From Flectonema sp. DT1601 (lineage: Eukaryota), in the NCBI GenBank assembly GCA_964019425.1, contig OZ025794.1:372001-436000 (forward strand): DNA of 64,000 nt, given 5' to 3'. Each line of letters begins with the position of its first letter. Position 1 is the first letter of the stretch. Under the pieces are notes generated by a model. The model had not been told where the DNA came from, did not search any database, and saw only the letters and a program-made list of their open reading frames with translations. Made by a program: the position numbers and the translations under genes. Shown here piece after piece: positions 1-11,592 of the stretch.

Positions 1-1961
1 CTTCCGCTTTATCTATTTAAACGAGGCGAGGATACAACTGGTGCACATCTAGGAATCCGCATAGCATACACACATAATGGTACCTCTAAGGTAGTAGTTT
101 TAAATAGTAAATGGGATCTTATGAGAGTTCCTATTTTTCAACTTAAAAAACGACTTTCTGGTCAGGTGTCTGCATCCCCTGAAGAAATGACTATTTATTA
201 TGGTAACTATGCCGTTGATGATAATAAAACATGTCAAGACATAGAATTTGATAAAAGAGATACGTTAACCCTAACTATAGGTCAAAATGAACAACCCTAT
301 TACGATTCTCCAAATCAACATAATGTCGAAAGCAGACTACTCACATCTGGTCCTAGAAATGTAAGAGTTTTAGACCACATGAAACAACGTGAATACTTAG
401 TTAACGGTTCTGGATGTGATATAAGCCAAGCAAAAGTTTCAACAATAAAGCAAGCATTACACACTACTTGTGGTATTCCTCCATCGGATCAACAATTATC
501 AATTGAGGGCAGAATGCTATTGGATACAGACACATGTCGAGGTCTGTTTCCAGAATTTCCTGAGTATAGGCTATCTTTAAGCCGAAAGGAAGCCGCCACT
601 ATCACTCTTCTATTTGACGATTTCACGGAGTCTGTGCAAGTTAGTGTCCCACCAAGTTCAACTGTGAATAATCTGAGGGATATTATAAAAGCGGATTCTC
701 GTGTTCAGTCCCTTCCAGAAGGTCAAGATTTTATTTTGAAATTTAATGGAGTAAGATTGCCTCCTCATGAGCTGTTGGAAGACAGAAGAGTGTTTACATA
801 CAGTGTTGTGAAGCTGGCGAAAGTAACGCGGGGAAGGAGATTCTCAGCACCTGATTTACGAACAATTCGACAGTATGAAAAATTAGCAGTTCATCAGCCA
901 AGAGAAAGATGGTTGGCCTTAGGATTTAGAATCGGTGCCTGGGAAGGGCTAGACAAGTCAAGTGCTATGAGGCCAGCCAGATTCGGTAGAGTGCTTCGAA
1001 ATTATCAAAAAAATAGACGTCGCTCTGCCACAGCTGTTGCTATGCCAACGGACATGCCTCCTTCCAGCTGGTTTCGTTATCTGGGTTACCGAATGCCCGT
1101 CGTGCTTGCACTTACTCGTACCGTTTGCGATAAAATCAACAACAAGTTGTCTTCACCAGTTAGGATCAGGGCCGGTGATGCCGTCCCGCCAAGTCCCCTC
1201 GCTGATACTTTTTTAATGGGTGTCAATCGACCTATTTCAAAAAGGCCACCACCGACGTTTCAAGATCCGAACCTACCGCAGTCCCCTCGAGAACGAACAC
1301 GATCTACGAGTTCTGCTCCTGCGCATTCAATTGCGAAGAAGCAAAGGGAATACAGTGTTGACTCTCCATATGGTCGTGAGACGTCAGTAAATGAAAAACA
1401 GACGGTTGTAAAAATATCGGAGGAAGATGGTTTTGCTGCTGGTCAAGAAAAAGGATATAATTGGGGTCAGTTGGCGCATACTATGGGGAAGACTACTGAA
1501 GTATCTAGAGGGCTGCGAGGATTACCAACTGGAGCTCCGCCTCTACAAACGGCGAATGAAACATCAGTTAGGACACAACCAGATAGAGGTCAGATACTCC
1601 CTACTCCTCAAGCAAACCGCGCAGCTCAACTACATCATTGCCTAGCACCCCCAACTTCTGTTTCTGGTAGTCGAATACTTCACTCTCAGTCACTACCCAG
1701 ACCTCCTATTCATCAATCAATGTCGCCAGCAATGTCTGCTGCACCCGGGCTTATTGAGAGGCTGACTGCTATTGAGGTTTGTATTTTAGAACATTACACA
1801 ACAATGTTTGCACTTATCGGTAAAGACATATTCTCTTGTAATAGGTTGCACAGTTCTATAATGTGATCGAAAAATAAAATAAACAAACAAAACAACAGAA
1901 CTCCATCGACAATCGGGTTCGAGCATCGCGGATATCGAAAATTGGATTTCCGTCAGCGTAG
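1..1961 (+). CDS. Protein with tandem ubiquitin-like domains and a P/S/R-rich C-terminal half; 5' partial; exons <1..1776 and 1899..1961
   Basis: Frame 1 has no stop from base 1 to the ATG at 121, so the gene probably starts upstream of the window. It has three Ubl-like segments (LKKRLSGQVSASPEEMTIYYG; TIKQALHTTCGIPPSDQQLSIEGRMLLD; STVNNLRDIIK...LKFNGVRL). The donor GAG|GTTTGT at 1777 and acceptor AACAACAG at 1898 give ...LTAIE-NSIDNRVRASRISKIGFPSA*. The frame of the last exon is less certain than the rest. Confidence 0.75.
1777..1898 (+). other. Spliceosomal GT-AG intron (122 nt)
   Basis: GTTTGT donor and an A/C-rich 3' end ...AAACAAACAAAACAACAG, the same pattern as the other introns. Confidence 0.65.
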
Positions 1962-2558
1962 TTCGTTGTGGTATCAGCTTGCCTTTGCTGTGTGTCTTAT
2001 TCTGTTATTATTTGCCGCTTCTGTTTATAACCAGTGAATGACAACATACTTGTACAATAATCAATAACTAATTCTTTTCATTCCTTTTTCTCCTTTTTCC
2101 TTTTTTTCTTCCCCCTTTATTTTTTAAAAGGCAAAATACTACCTAACAAATAAATTGTTAGAGAAGGATAGCTACACTGCTTTGTATTCACGAGGTTTCT
2201 TATTTTGATAGTAGCAAACATAAATAAAAATTTAGCGGTTCTGCAACAGCCGAAAAAAAAAAAAAAAAATGAATCAAACCCTTAGAGCATTTTTGAATTG
2301 TTTTCATTCATTTATTATTATTATTTTTATTATTTTTTTCTCTTTGCGTTGACGGCTGTCTGTTTTGTATCCTTTACCGTACCGTATTTTTTACATAGAG
2401 TTTTCGTTGGAGTCAGTTTGTGTGAGTTATGCCATCTTTTAAAGTAATTTTCTCATAAGCAGGATTGTAATTACCGTGGAAATTCACATTTCGAAATAGT
2501 GAAGAATAAAATAAAGTATTTTTTTAAACAGGAAAGTTCTTTAGCAAAAGTAATTAAC

Positions 2559-3842
2559 ATGTCGTACGGATACGGAGGTTCACCTTATAGAATGCCTGGG
2601 TACGGATCAGCGGGATTGCCAACTCCTCCACACGCGACTACTCCGCCATCTCCAACTTCTTATGGAAGAGCAACAATATCAAGTGGATATTATACCACAG
2701 CTAGAAGTGTTCATCAGGGATCACCTTTAAAGGAAAGATACAGAAGTACTTCCCCTGTTGAGGCTAATCGTTACACAACTTATCCGTCAACTCCTCCTAG
2801 TGCTGGGTTGAGAGAGAGACCTAGTTCGAGTGTTGTTGCGGATAATCCTTATAACTTAGGAGGGTTGTCAAGTTTTAAGAGTACACTCTCTGGTACTCCA
2901 ACCCACAGTCCTGGTCACAGCCCTGGTGGATACTCATCCCCGACATCTACTCGACCAACTTTTTCGAGTTCTATTTACACCGCTACTCGTTATGGCAGCC
3001 CATCGAGCCCGCAACAAACGACATCTCCAACTTCAGGAACTCCAAAGCAGAGGATTAGAGGAACATCATTCCGTGAGGATTACAGTGGTCTATCACCTCG
3101 TAGTAGAATGAAGCGTGCTCCTTCTATGCTTGGTGGTCCAGGAACTTTAATGATCCCTGAACAGAATCCGGAGGACTGGGGAAAATACACTATCGTTCTC
3201 GACCTGGATGAAACTCTGATCTTCGCACGTGATGGTCCACTTTACGCCAGACCAGGTGTTGACGATCTCTTAAACCTTTTAGGAAGAGAGGCTGAAGGTA
3301 TCGCCTGGACTGCAGGTCTTCGTGCCTACGCTCAGGCAGTCCTTCGTAACATTGACAGAAACAGTGCGATAAAGCATTGTGTTTACAGACATGCTAAATG
3401 GTTTAGTGGTCAGGCTGGTTACCAGAAAGATCTTTCTTTACTTGGAAGATCCCTTGAGAAAACTTTAATTATTGAAAACACTCCAGATTGCATCCGTGGC
3501 AACAGAGAAAACGGAATCTTGGTTGCGGACTATGAAGGAGGTGAGTTCCCTGATAACACCATTCCGAAATTAGTTGAATTCCTAAAGGGATTAATTTCAA
3601 GTGGGATGACGGTACCGCAATACCTCTCTCAATGCCGTTCTCTATCCCGCCGTAAGGTGGCGACTGACCGTGGTGACTTTATTCAATGCTACTGGTTAGA
3701 TGTTCACAGTGATTCAACTTCCCCGCGTAGTCCGCGTTACAACAGGGATTTACCTGTTTATGTATGTAAATGTTCTTATACTGTTTTGTTTCATTCTGTC
3801 TTAATTAAAGTATAAAAAAAATCCACCAAACAGGGACGGTAA
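2559..3842 (+). CDS. FCP1/SCP (NIF, HAD superfamily) CTD-small-phosphatase-like protein with a long S/P/T/Y-rich N-terminus; exons 2559..3761 and 3834..3842
   Basis: Motifs IVLDLDETL (DxDxT), RPGVDDLL, WTAG..YA, KDLSLLGRSLEKTLIIEN. The first ATG at 2559 follows AAACAG ending at 2531. Intron GTATGT(3762)..CCAAACAG(3833) gives the end ...DLPVY-GR*. Confidence 0.9.
3762..3833 (+). other. Spliceosomal GT-AG intron (72 nt)
   Basis: GTATGT donor, ...AAAAAAAATCCACCAAACAG acceptor, followed by GGA CGG TAA. Confidence 0.75.
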
Positions 3843-6345
3843 TTGATGGAAGCTTCTCTGATGATCGTTACCTTTCCTTGTTTATCTATGTAACCGCCCG
3901 CCCTCACCCCTGAACTACCAGGAGAGTAATGAAAAAAAAAAAAAAAAGGAAATAGTGGTCTTTTTCGTTTTCCTGTTTTTTTGTATCACCCGCTTAGTCT
4001 TTTCATTCTTACCCTCTTGCAGTGATTCTGTTTAGTTTCAAGAGGGTAAGGAATACGAAAAAGTAAAAATAAAATAATATAAAAAAAAAAAAAAAGGAAT
4101 AAACTCAAATCACTGTTGTTTCCTGTTACAACCCTTTGTGACGTACCCTCCCTCCATTCCTGTTTCGTTGTACCCATTCTGTACTGTTGTTGTATGTGAC
4201 CAAATTCCCAAATTCGGTTTTTACATCCCACTTTTTTTTTTTTTTTTTTTTGTGGCAGCAGGTAAGTCCTCACCTTCTTATATCTCAGAGTAGGTCACTC
4301 TACTTGGTAATTATCTTCCTTTTCACTCTGACTGAATCCTTTTGAAAGACCAAGTTCAATTCCGGTAAATGTCAACTATAGACATCCCCATATTAGTATT
4401 GCCTTTTGTTTGCATTCATACTTCGTATTGGTTTTTGGTATAATGGTCAGGCTGTGCAATTATTTGTGTTTCTGTGTAGCGGCTTAATAAAATAAAAAAT
4501 TGAAACCCTGGAGCACCCAGCCAGAAATGGTTGTTTACCCATTCCAGTACTTATGATTGTACTGTTGTGCAGGTCATATATCAGTCACAAGAAAAAACAA
4601 AGGAAAAAAAAAAAACATGGAGAGAGTATTATAAGTAGCCGAATATCTGTTACGGATATTCGTTTTCATGTTGCCATTAGAAGACTGTTGTTGTTTGTTC
4701 TATAGCAAAGAGTATTATCCTTTTTTCCCCCTCCGTTCTTTCCTTTTTTTTCTTTTTCTTTTTTGTTGTTGTCTTTCTCTGCTCTCGCAGCAAAGCTTTT
4801 CCTTTTTTGTTATTTTTATCTACTTCTGTGTAATCGGAACGTTTGATCTCGTTGTGTGGACGAGTACAGCTTTTTGGTCTCAACCAACTTTAACCAGCTG
4901 AAAATATATGAAAAAAGTCGCTTTTGCGAAGTCTGATTGTTTTATAGGTGTACCTGCTGCCTTCCCTCCTTCCTCCACGCTTTAGATGAAAAGAATATGT
5001 TTCCCTTTATTCACCAACCCTCCCCGTTAGCACGGAAGGGAGTGAAGTATGAAACCAATAAACGATTATTTACATCATACTGTCACGTCGACAGTTAATT
5101 TGGTTGATCCCTTCGACAAACTTTGACGGCAGCCACTGTTCCAGGGTATTTCCGGGAAAGGAAAAAAAACTGCAATCAAGATTTAAGTCGTTTTACGTAA
5201 CTGGGTTGTCACTTCCTTTACGATGCTTCTTCCCTTCCCTTGTCTTTTTTTTTTTCCTTTTTTTCCCTCTTGCCATTTTCCCCTTTTGCAAATAGAAGTT
5301 TTTCTGAAAAAAAAAAAAAAAAAAAAAAAAGATAAAAAAAATATCAGTCCCTTCCTTTCAGAAGGGTGTAAAAAAGGGGGAAAAAAAAAAAAAAAAAAAA
5401 ACTCTACCTCCCTTGTGATGTCAAAAAAAATAGTACTGCAAAGTGAAAAATTTGCTTTTTTTTTTACTCTTTTTTGTTTTGTTTTACGGAGTTAGGACAA
5501 TACAAATTCCCCCCTCTCCTTTTATGCCGAATAATAGCACTGTGTTGTTAAGTTCTGTCAGCTTACGAGTTCCATCAGTTTTATTCCTTACTGTTTTCTT
5601 TGTTCTTCAAAAAGTAATTATTTCCCTCTGCAGTACAAAATTAGCAAAAAAAAAAAAAGAAAAGAAAAAGCAACGCCGCAATTTGCGAGTGTGGCGTTTG
5701 GGCAACCCGCTTTATCGCCCGTTCCTGTATTTGAATATTTTTATTATTATCTTTTTTTTTTGAAGTTTTTCCGTATTCCCTTCCTGCGTCCTCCGTCACT
5801 TTTGCTGGAAATTAGCGTTGTGTTTACCTTAGTTGGTTAGTAAGTAAGTAAGTAGGTTTAACCACCAGTCGCCTGCTGTATTGCACTACATTCGCTGTAG
5901 TGGTTCTGGAACAAAAAGGGAAAAAAAAAAAAAAACAAGCAAACAAGCAAACAAAAAGGACTACTGTGATTTAACACCGTTAATGGCGGCGTAGGGAAGT
6001 CTTGTGGTTACTCGACCTTCAAAACCAGAGGAGAAGAAAAAAAAAAAAAACAAAAAGAAATACCCTTAGCTCACTGATGCTTGTTGCTATTTTTTCCCCC
6101 CTTATAGTAGCCAACCGCCTGCCACAAATCCTGTGAGAAGATTGTCTGCAGTTACTCTCCCCTTCCCCTTTTGGAAAAAGTTATTAGAGAAGTAAGGTCA
6201 TTTATCTAAACTGTTTTTATCGTTTTATGTTCCCTTTCTTGTTCAGGACTGCAATAGTTATTATCATATACGTTGGGGTTCCAAGTTAATGTTTATTATC
6301 AAGTTGTGTAAACTATTTAATTAATTTCCCACTCCTCACATAAGA

Positions 6346-6885
6346 ATGAATGGACTAGAGCTTTTCCGATTAAGAAAGAAGTATGAGGAAGAAGGTAATA
6401 AAATAGAAGCACAGAGACGACACGAAGAACGAAGACGGCTGAAGAATGAACGAAGACAGGCCGAGGAACGGGCACGTGGGAGAGCACTTGGAAGCACTCC
6501 ATCAATGGGAGCGATGCTGAGTGGGTTTCAGAGAGGAGAAGCAACTTCGTTTAGAAGACGGAAATCAGCCCCCACGCCTCCAACAGAGGGATGGATTCCT
6601 TCCAATACTACCACGTACTTAGCTGATGGTCAATCTGATTCGCAAACGTGTCCAATTTGCGTCGATGGTTTCTCAAAAGATTCCATGGTCCGTGTCCTGC
6701 CATGTCTACATGCATTCCATAGCCACTGTGTTGACCCTTGGTTAGAAAAGCATCCACACTGTCCTACCTGTCGAAAGAATCCAATTGAACTAAATCGACA
6801 GGGTAAACACCTTCTAAGTACTCGTTCTCTACGGAGGAACTCATCGAAGACACTAACTTCTAATGGAAAGAAACAGTCTCAGTAA
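6346..6885 (+). CDS. RING-H2 zinc-finger protein (putative E3 ligase) with a charged N-terminal helix
   Basis: CPIC...RVLPCLHAFHSHCVDPWL...CPTCR matches the C3H2C3 RING-H2 pattern. Confidence 0.9.
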   Translation: MNGLELFRLRKKYEEEGNKIEAQRRHEERRRLKNERRQAEERARGRALGSTPSMGAMLSGFQRGEATSFRRRKSAPTPPTEGWIPSNTTTYLADGQSDSQTCPICVDGFSKDSMVRVLPCLHAFHSHCVDPWLEKHPHCPTCRKNPIELNRQGKHLLSTRSLRRNSSKTLTSNGKKQSQ

Positions 6886-8487
6886 TCGACTGAGTATATG
6901 GTGATTGGCTTCTCCCTTCATCTTTGCTGTTCAAAAGACATTTAGAGATAAAGTTTTCTTTATTTTTGAGAAACATTCTTCAAGAAATGTGCCGATATGT
7001 TCTCATCCTGTGCCTTGTAGCAAATAGATAGTGGTCTGTTTTGTTTGATATTTTGTGATGTTCATTCTCTCCAGTAGGTGTGGAGGAAGTCTATATATTA
7101 TTGTTTCGTATCGATGGAGGTATTCACATTATTGACGAAATCTTTGCTCAGATGTAATAAAAAGAAAAAAATAATTGTGTGATCGACTTTCTTTTCGTGC
7201 TTTCGCATATATTGGTTTTTGGTATTTCGTTTTGGTTTTTTTTATTTTTTTTTTTTTAAATGCATTTTTTTCCTTCGGTTCTTTTTCTACTGAACAGCAA
7301 TAACTCAGCCTGGCCACCAGAAGCCTTAAATAGGCATTTTGATATACGTGTGACTAAGTCGCTTTAGTCACTGTTTTTACTTTCACTTTTTTTACTTGAC
7401 AACCGTTACGGTATGAGTCTGTCGTGTGTTGTTATTCGCAAAACCCCATTTTTTTTTTCTTTAATGTATTCTGTTTCCTAACAACTAAGAGTGCTAAGCG
7501 AACTTATTCTTTCTATTGGAACTTTATTTTCATCTGTAAGAGTAATGTTTGAGGGAGAGAAAAATTGCGCGCTTTTTGGTCTTCAACAATGACCTGAATG
7601 ATGCGTGACTTTCCCTGTTGTGAGCAGTTCATAATTTATACCTAGAAGCACTTTATAATTGATATTGATTGGGTTCTACACCAAAAAAAAATGCTCAAAA
7701 TTTTAATGATTTTTTTTAATTTCGTTGTTTTTCTTTCCCGTTTTTCATATCTCAGACTCCGTGTTTCAAAAACACTATTCCCCCTTGTAATCGACCAACT
7801 CTTCGATCGCATCTGCCTTTTGTGGATGATGAGGCAGATTTTAATCAATTTTTTTTTTCCCTTCCGGAAAAGCGTCAACTATGTTCCGTAACTTGTTCCG
7901 TAACTTTCATATTGTAAAAACATTTATTGTGGAGGTCATCATTTCTTATGATGATGAAATTGGGTGATCGCTGCAATAAAAAAAAAAAAAATGTTTTCAA
8001 CATGCGAGTTTGTACAGTTTGTGAATAAATGAGGTTATTTTTTTTTTGTGTCTGATTTCTCAGTCACTGATTCACTTGGACAAGTTTTTTGCTTTTGCCT
8101 CTTCTTCTTCTTTTTTTTTCTTTTTTTCTTTCTTTTTTTTCTGCTCCAAGTAACTGACTTCTATTAGCGCAGACATGCTGAGTTTTCGGAAACCCCTACG
8201 GATTTGAGTCCTCTGTTTGTTGTGAGTCAGCAACACTTGATTATGTATTAATTAACAGATGAAAAATAATTGTTCTTCTGAGAATTCTTCTTCTAGCTGT
8301 TTGTGTCTGCGGTTCTTTTAACCCTCTGTTTCGACAACGCTTTTTGTGAGAAGAAAAAGTTGTACTTTTATTTTCTTGCTCTGACTTCTTTTGGTTTGTT
8401 TTTCTCTGTTCCATTTCCCCTTATGTTTTTGTTATGTTGTTGTTGGTTATTGTAATGGAAAAAAAAAAAAAGTAAAATAAATAAAAA

Positions 8488-8757
8488 TTTTTTTTTTGAA
8501 AAAAAACTGGCTTCGCATTTATCACAATTTCGTGTAGCTTGCGTTTATGATATATCGGCTGTTCTCTTTAACACTGCTTGTTTCACGTGTGTAGTGGGTC
8601 TGGGTAGTCATCAGCTTTAGCGTCTCTTATCTGTTTGATATCAGATGATTGCTTTCCCTGTGAGGGTCTTCTTAATATTTATCTCCCTGGACTCTTCATT
8701 AAGTATGTGGGAGGGAGAAACCCGCCATGCATGCCTAATAGTGAAAACTTTCAGATG
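8488..8757. repeat. Repeat family R2 copy A (~270 bp, near-identical to 31085..31354)
   Basis: Direct sequence match from poly-T-GAAAAAAAACTGGCTTCGC to AAAACTTTCAGATG. Differences seen: one substitution, a 4-bp CATG duplication and homopolymer lengths. Confidence 0.95.
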
Positions 8758-9927
8758 CCGAGTTATTTTTTTTTCCTCCTCCTCACGCCGCTCCCTGTGC
8801 GAAGCGTTTTTTTTTATGTATTTACATGTCGGTGTTGTCAAATATGCCCTCTTGTCTACCTGTATATTGTGATGTGCTATATATTGAAATACTGACCTAA
8901 GGCATGACAACACATATATTGCATTATAAAATATGGTATAGGATTGCTCCCTACTCCCTTCCTTGGATTGTAGGATTGGTTACTTATGTGAATTGAAGGA
9001 AACTACTGCTGACAGAAATATTTATAGTGAGCAGTAATACTACAGATAGAAGTTCCCTTGTTCGTATTAGTGATTTGTGATTTAGGCTCAAACATAGGGA
9101 AATGGGAAAAAAAAAAAAAAAAAAAACATCTCATCTGGAGAACTCATTCACAAAAGGTTTGTGTTATGATTGTTTTTTTTTATTATATGTTTTTTCCCCC
9201 CCTTCTTCCCTTCTAACCACGACGTCTTACACTCATCTGTATCTGTAGAGAAGATTTCCCTATTTTTTCCCTTTTTCTTTTATTGTCTTGCAGCCTTTAA
9301 CACACCAGACAGATATATTGCCTGTGCGTATACAAAATACAGGCGAATGAACACTCCCCCCCTTCTTTTGTTTATATTTTAGTATTTTATGAACTAGTTC
9401 TCGTTTGTTTTCGATAGTCTCGCTCACTGCCATGAACAAAAAAAAAAGCTGATGCACTAAACGTAATGGCACAGCGTGAAAGCACGTACCTTTTTATTTT
9501 TATCTCTCTTTTTTTTCTTTCTTCTTTCCCCCCTTCAACTGTTGTGAGTAAATTGATGTTAAAAAGATCTCTGAACTCACATAATAAATCGGTCAACTGG
9601 AATTGTCGAAAATAAAAAATAAAAAAGAGGGATGGTTCGGTGAGTTGACTGTTTTTGGTAATCCGAATTAGTATCACTCATTGCAGTGCCTTTGTCACGC
9701 TGCTAAACTTTTCTCATAGCAATAGTTGTGTTATACCAACTACAGACTTCATATTATTTTGAGAATCTTTTCTTTTTAATTATAATTCAAAAAAATTCAT
9801 TCCTTCACACAGGTGCAATGTATATGGTGATCGTCTTTGTGTTCCAACCCCCCTTTACAAGTTGTTTTATATTTAATTACACTTCCACATCAGCTAAACT
9901 AATACAAAACAAAAAACCGTTTTCAGG

Positions 9928-11487
9928 ATGGCAGCCACAGCTATTCGTAATGTACCAATTCCAAAGTTATGTCTTCCAATGGTTGGTCACATTTTATATT
10001 TTGTGAAGAGTGGAGGATGTGTCAACAAGACTCTATCTGCACTTCAGAAGAACTACGGCGACACTTTCGAACTGAGAGTGCCATTCGGAAAGTACATCGC
10101 GACTCGTGATCCTAAATTAATGAGACTTGTATACACCAACAAGAATCGACCAGTTACTTGGAGTCTTGATCTCGTGACTAAGATGAACAGATGGCCACAA
10201 GATATCGTAAATGCCAGAGGTCCACGTTGGGAAGCCTACCGTAAGGTTCTAAACAAGTCATTTATGTTAAAATCTCAAAAGGGAAATTACAAAGAACTGG
10301 TCGAAGAGAAGGCTACTCATCTGGTAGAAGCCATCAAGAACAATATCGGTCCTGATGGAAGATTAAAAGACATTTCTATCAATGAGTTAATCGCGATGTA
10401 CGCATTTGAAGTTTCAATTCGAACATTTATCGGAGAAGATGAACCAGTGCTACCTGTGTCCTATGAACGTCCAGCGGGTAAGATTTCAACCAAAGATGCG
10501 ATGCATTTATCTAACCTGGTCATGGAAATGTTTGAAGGTATGCATAAATTCGAGACAGCTCCCTTTGGTCGTTACCAAGGAGAACATGGTAAGGAATACA
10601 AGGCTTATGAAAGTGCCTGGTATGAAATCGTTGACTACACTGACAGACTATTTGACCCTCATGTTGACTTGTATCTGAAGGAACGTCGTATCTCTGAAAC
10701 AGCTGAAAGAGCTTTGATTCTTCCTCATTTACTACGTCAAATGGATGCTGAGGATTTCAATGAGAGACTGACACCTGATGAAGTCAAATGGGTTATCAGG
10801 TTTGCTTTCGTAGCCTCCATTGACACGACATCACAAACATTCGAACACTTGATGTACAGAATGGGTACTGCATCAGATGAGGTAAGGTCTACTCTTAACA
10901 AAGACTTAAACGACCATCCTGTCTGTGGTGAAAGTCCATATATGTTGGCCTGTTTAAGAGAGAGTATGAGACTAACACCAACTATTCCTGTTAACTCAAG
11001 AGAGCTTGCTACTGATTTAACATTTACAAATGCTGAGGGTGCTGAGATGAATTTCCCTGCTGGAACTAGTTTCCTATTAGACCACGCTGGTGTTTGTTTA
11101 AATGAAAATAACTTTGAAAACGCAACAGAATTCAATCCGTCTAGATTCCTTCGTGATAGTAGGAAAAACCATCGCTCTGCTAATGAAGAATCAGTGGAAG
11201 CTGCTGCTTCTGGTTGTCCATTCCATGCTAAGAAGCTTGCTGATGGTGGTAAGTCACCTGACGAGTCGTTTGAAACCTTTGCAGCAAATATCCAATTTGG
11301 TCATGGTCGTCGTCGTTGTCCTGGTGCTGGACTGGGTCAGAGTGTCCTTAACTCTGCCTTTGACAAGATAGCGAGAAGTTTTGATATCAAGTACGATGGT
11401 CCGCCTTTGGATACTTTCAACCGCGCTCTTGCGAGACCTAAAAATCCGGTTTCACCTCATTTAACTTTTACTCTAAAGAGTGCCTAA
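9928..11487 (+). CDS. Cytochrome P450
   Basis: C-helix WEAYR (WxxxR), I-helix ASIDTTS, K-helix ESMR (ExxR), FNPSRF (PERF), heme loop FGHGRRRCPG. Confidence 0.97.
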   Translation: MAATAIRNVPIPKLCLPMVGHILYFVKSGGCVNKTLSALQKNYGDTFELRVPFGKYIATRDPKLMRLVYTNKNRPVTWSLDLVTKMNRWPQDIVNARGPRWEAYRKVLNKSFMLKSQKGNYKELVEEKATHLVEAIKNNIGPDGRLKDISINELIAMYAFEVSIRTFIGEDEPVLPVSYERPAGKISTKDAMHLSNLVMEMFEGMHKFETAPFGRYQGEHGKEYKAYESAWYEIVDYTDRLFDPHVDLYLKERRISETAERALILPHLLRQMDAEDFNERLTPDEVKWVIRFAFVASIDTTSQTFEHLMYRMGTASDEVRSTLNKDLNDHPVCGESPYMLACLRESMRLTPTIPVNSRELATDLTFTNAEGAEMNFPAGTSFLLDHAGVCLNENNFENATEFNPSRFLRDSRKNHRSANEESVEAAASGCPFHAKKLADGGKSPDESFETFAANIQFGHGRRRCPGAGLGQSVLNSAFDKIARSFDIKYDGPPLDTFNRALARPKNPVSPHLTFTLKSA

Positions 11488-11592
11488 TAAAAAACTCTTC
11501 TCTCTCTATTTTTTTTTGCTTCTTGTCCTTAATTTTACTATAATATTTATTTTTATTTCACCCCCCCCCCCCGATTCACTAAGCTATTATTC

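Noticed and set aside
1900..2037. Alternative last-exon frame for gene 1 ending in a hydrophobic tail anchor (...WYQLAFAVCLILLLFAASVYNQ*)
   Set aside because: It needs a phase-2 donor that I could not find. The GTTTGT donor, shared with other introns, gives phase 0. RNA-seq would be needed to exclude it fully.
5955..6003. TAATGGCGGCGTAGGGAAGT resembles the 3' half of a TPP riboswitch
   Set aside because: The 5' half (the UGAGA pyrimidine-sensor helix and CCUGAU) is absent, and the upstream sequence is an A-rich run.
8575..8615. CTGATGA...GAAAC on the - strand of R2 as a hammerhead, and a 12-nt reverse-complement match to the R1 loop (GGGTCTGGGTAG)
   Set aside because: No stem II forms between the boxes. 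A single 12-mer match in 64 kb is compatible with chance.
10737..11135. Antisense and alternative-frame ORFs inside real genes (also in the kinesin, cyclase, kinase and WD40 genes)
   Set aside because: They are shadow ORFs of coding sequence with no independent motifs.
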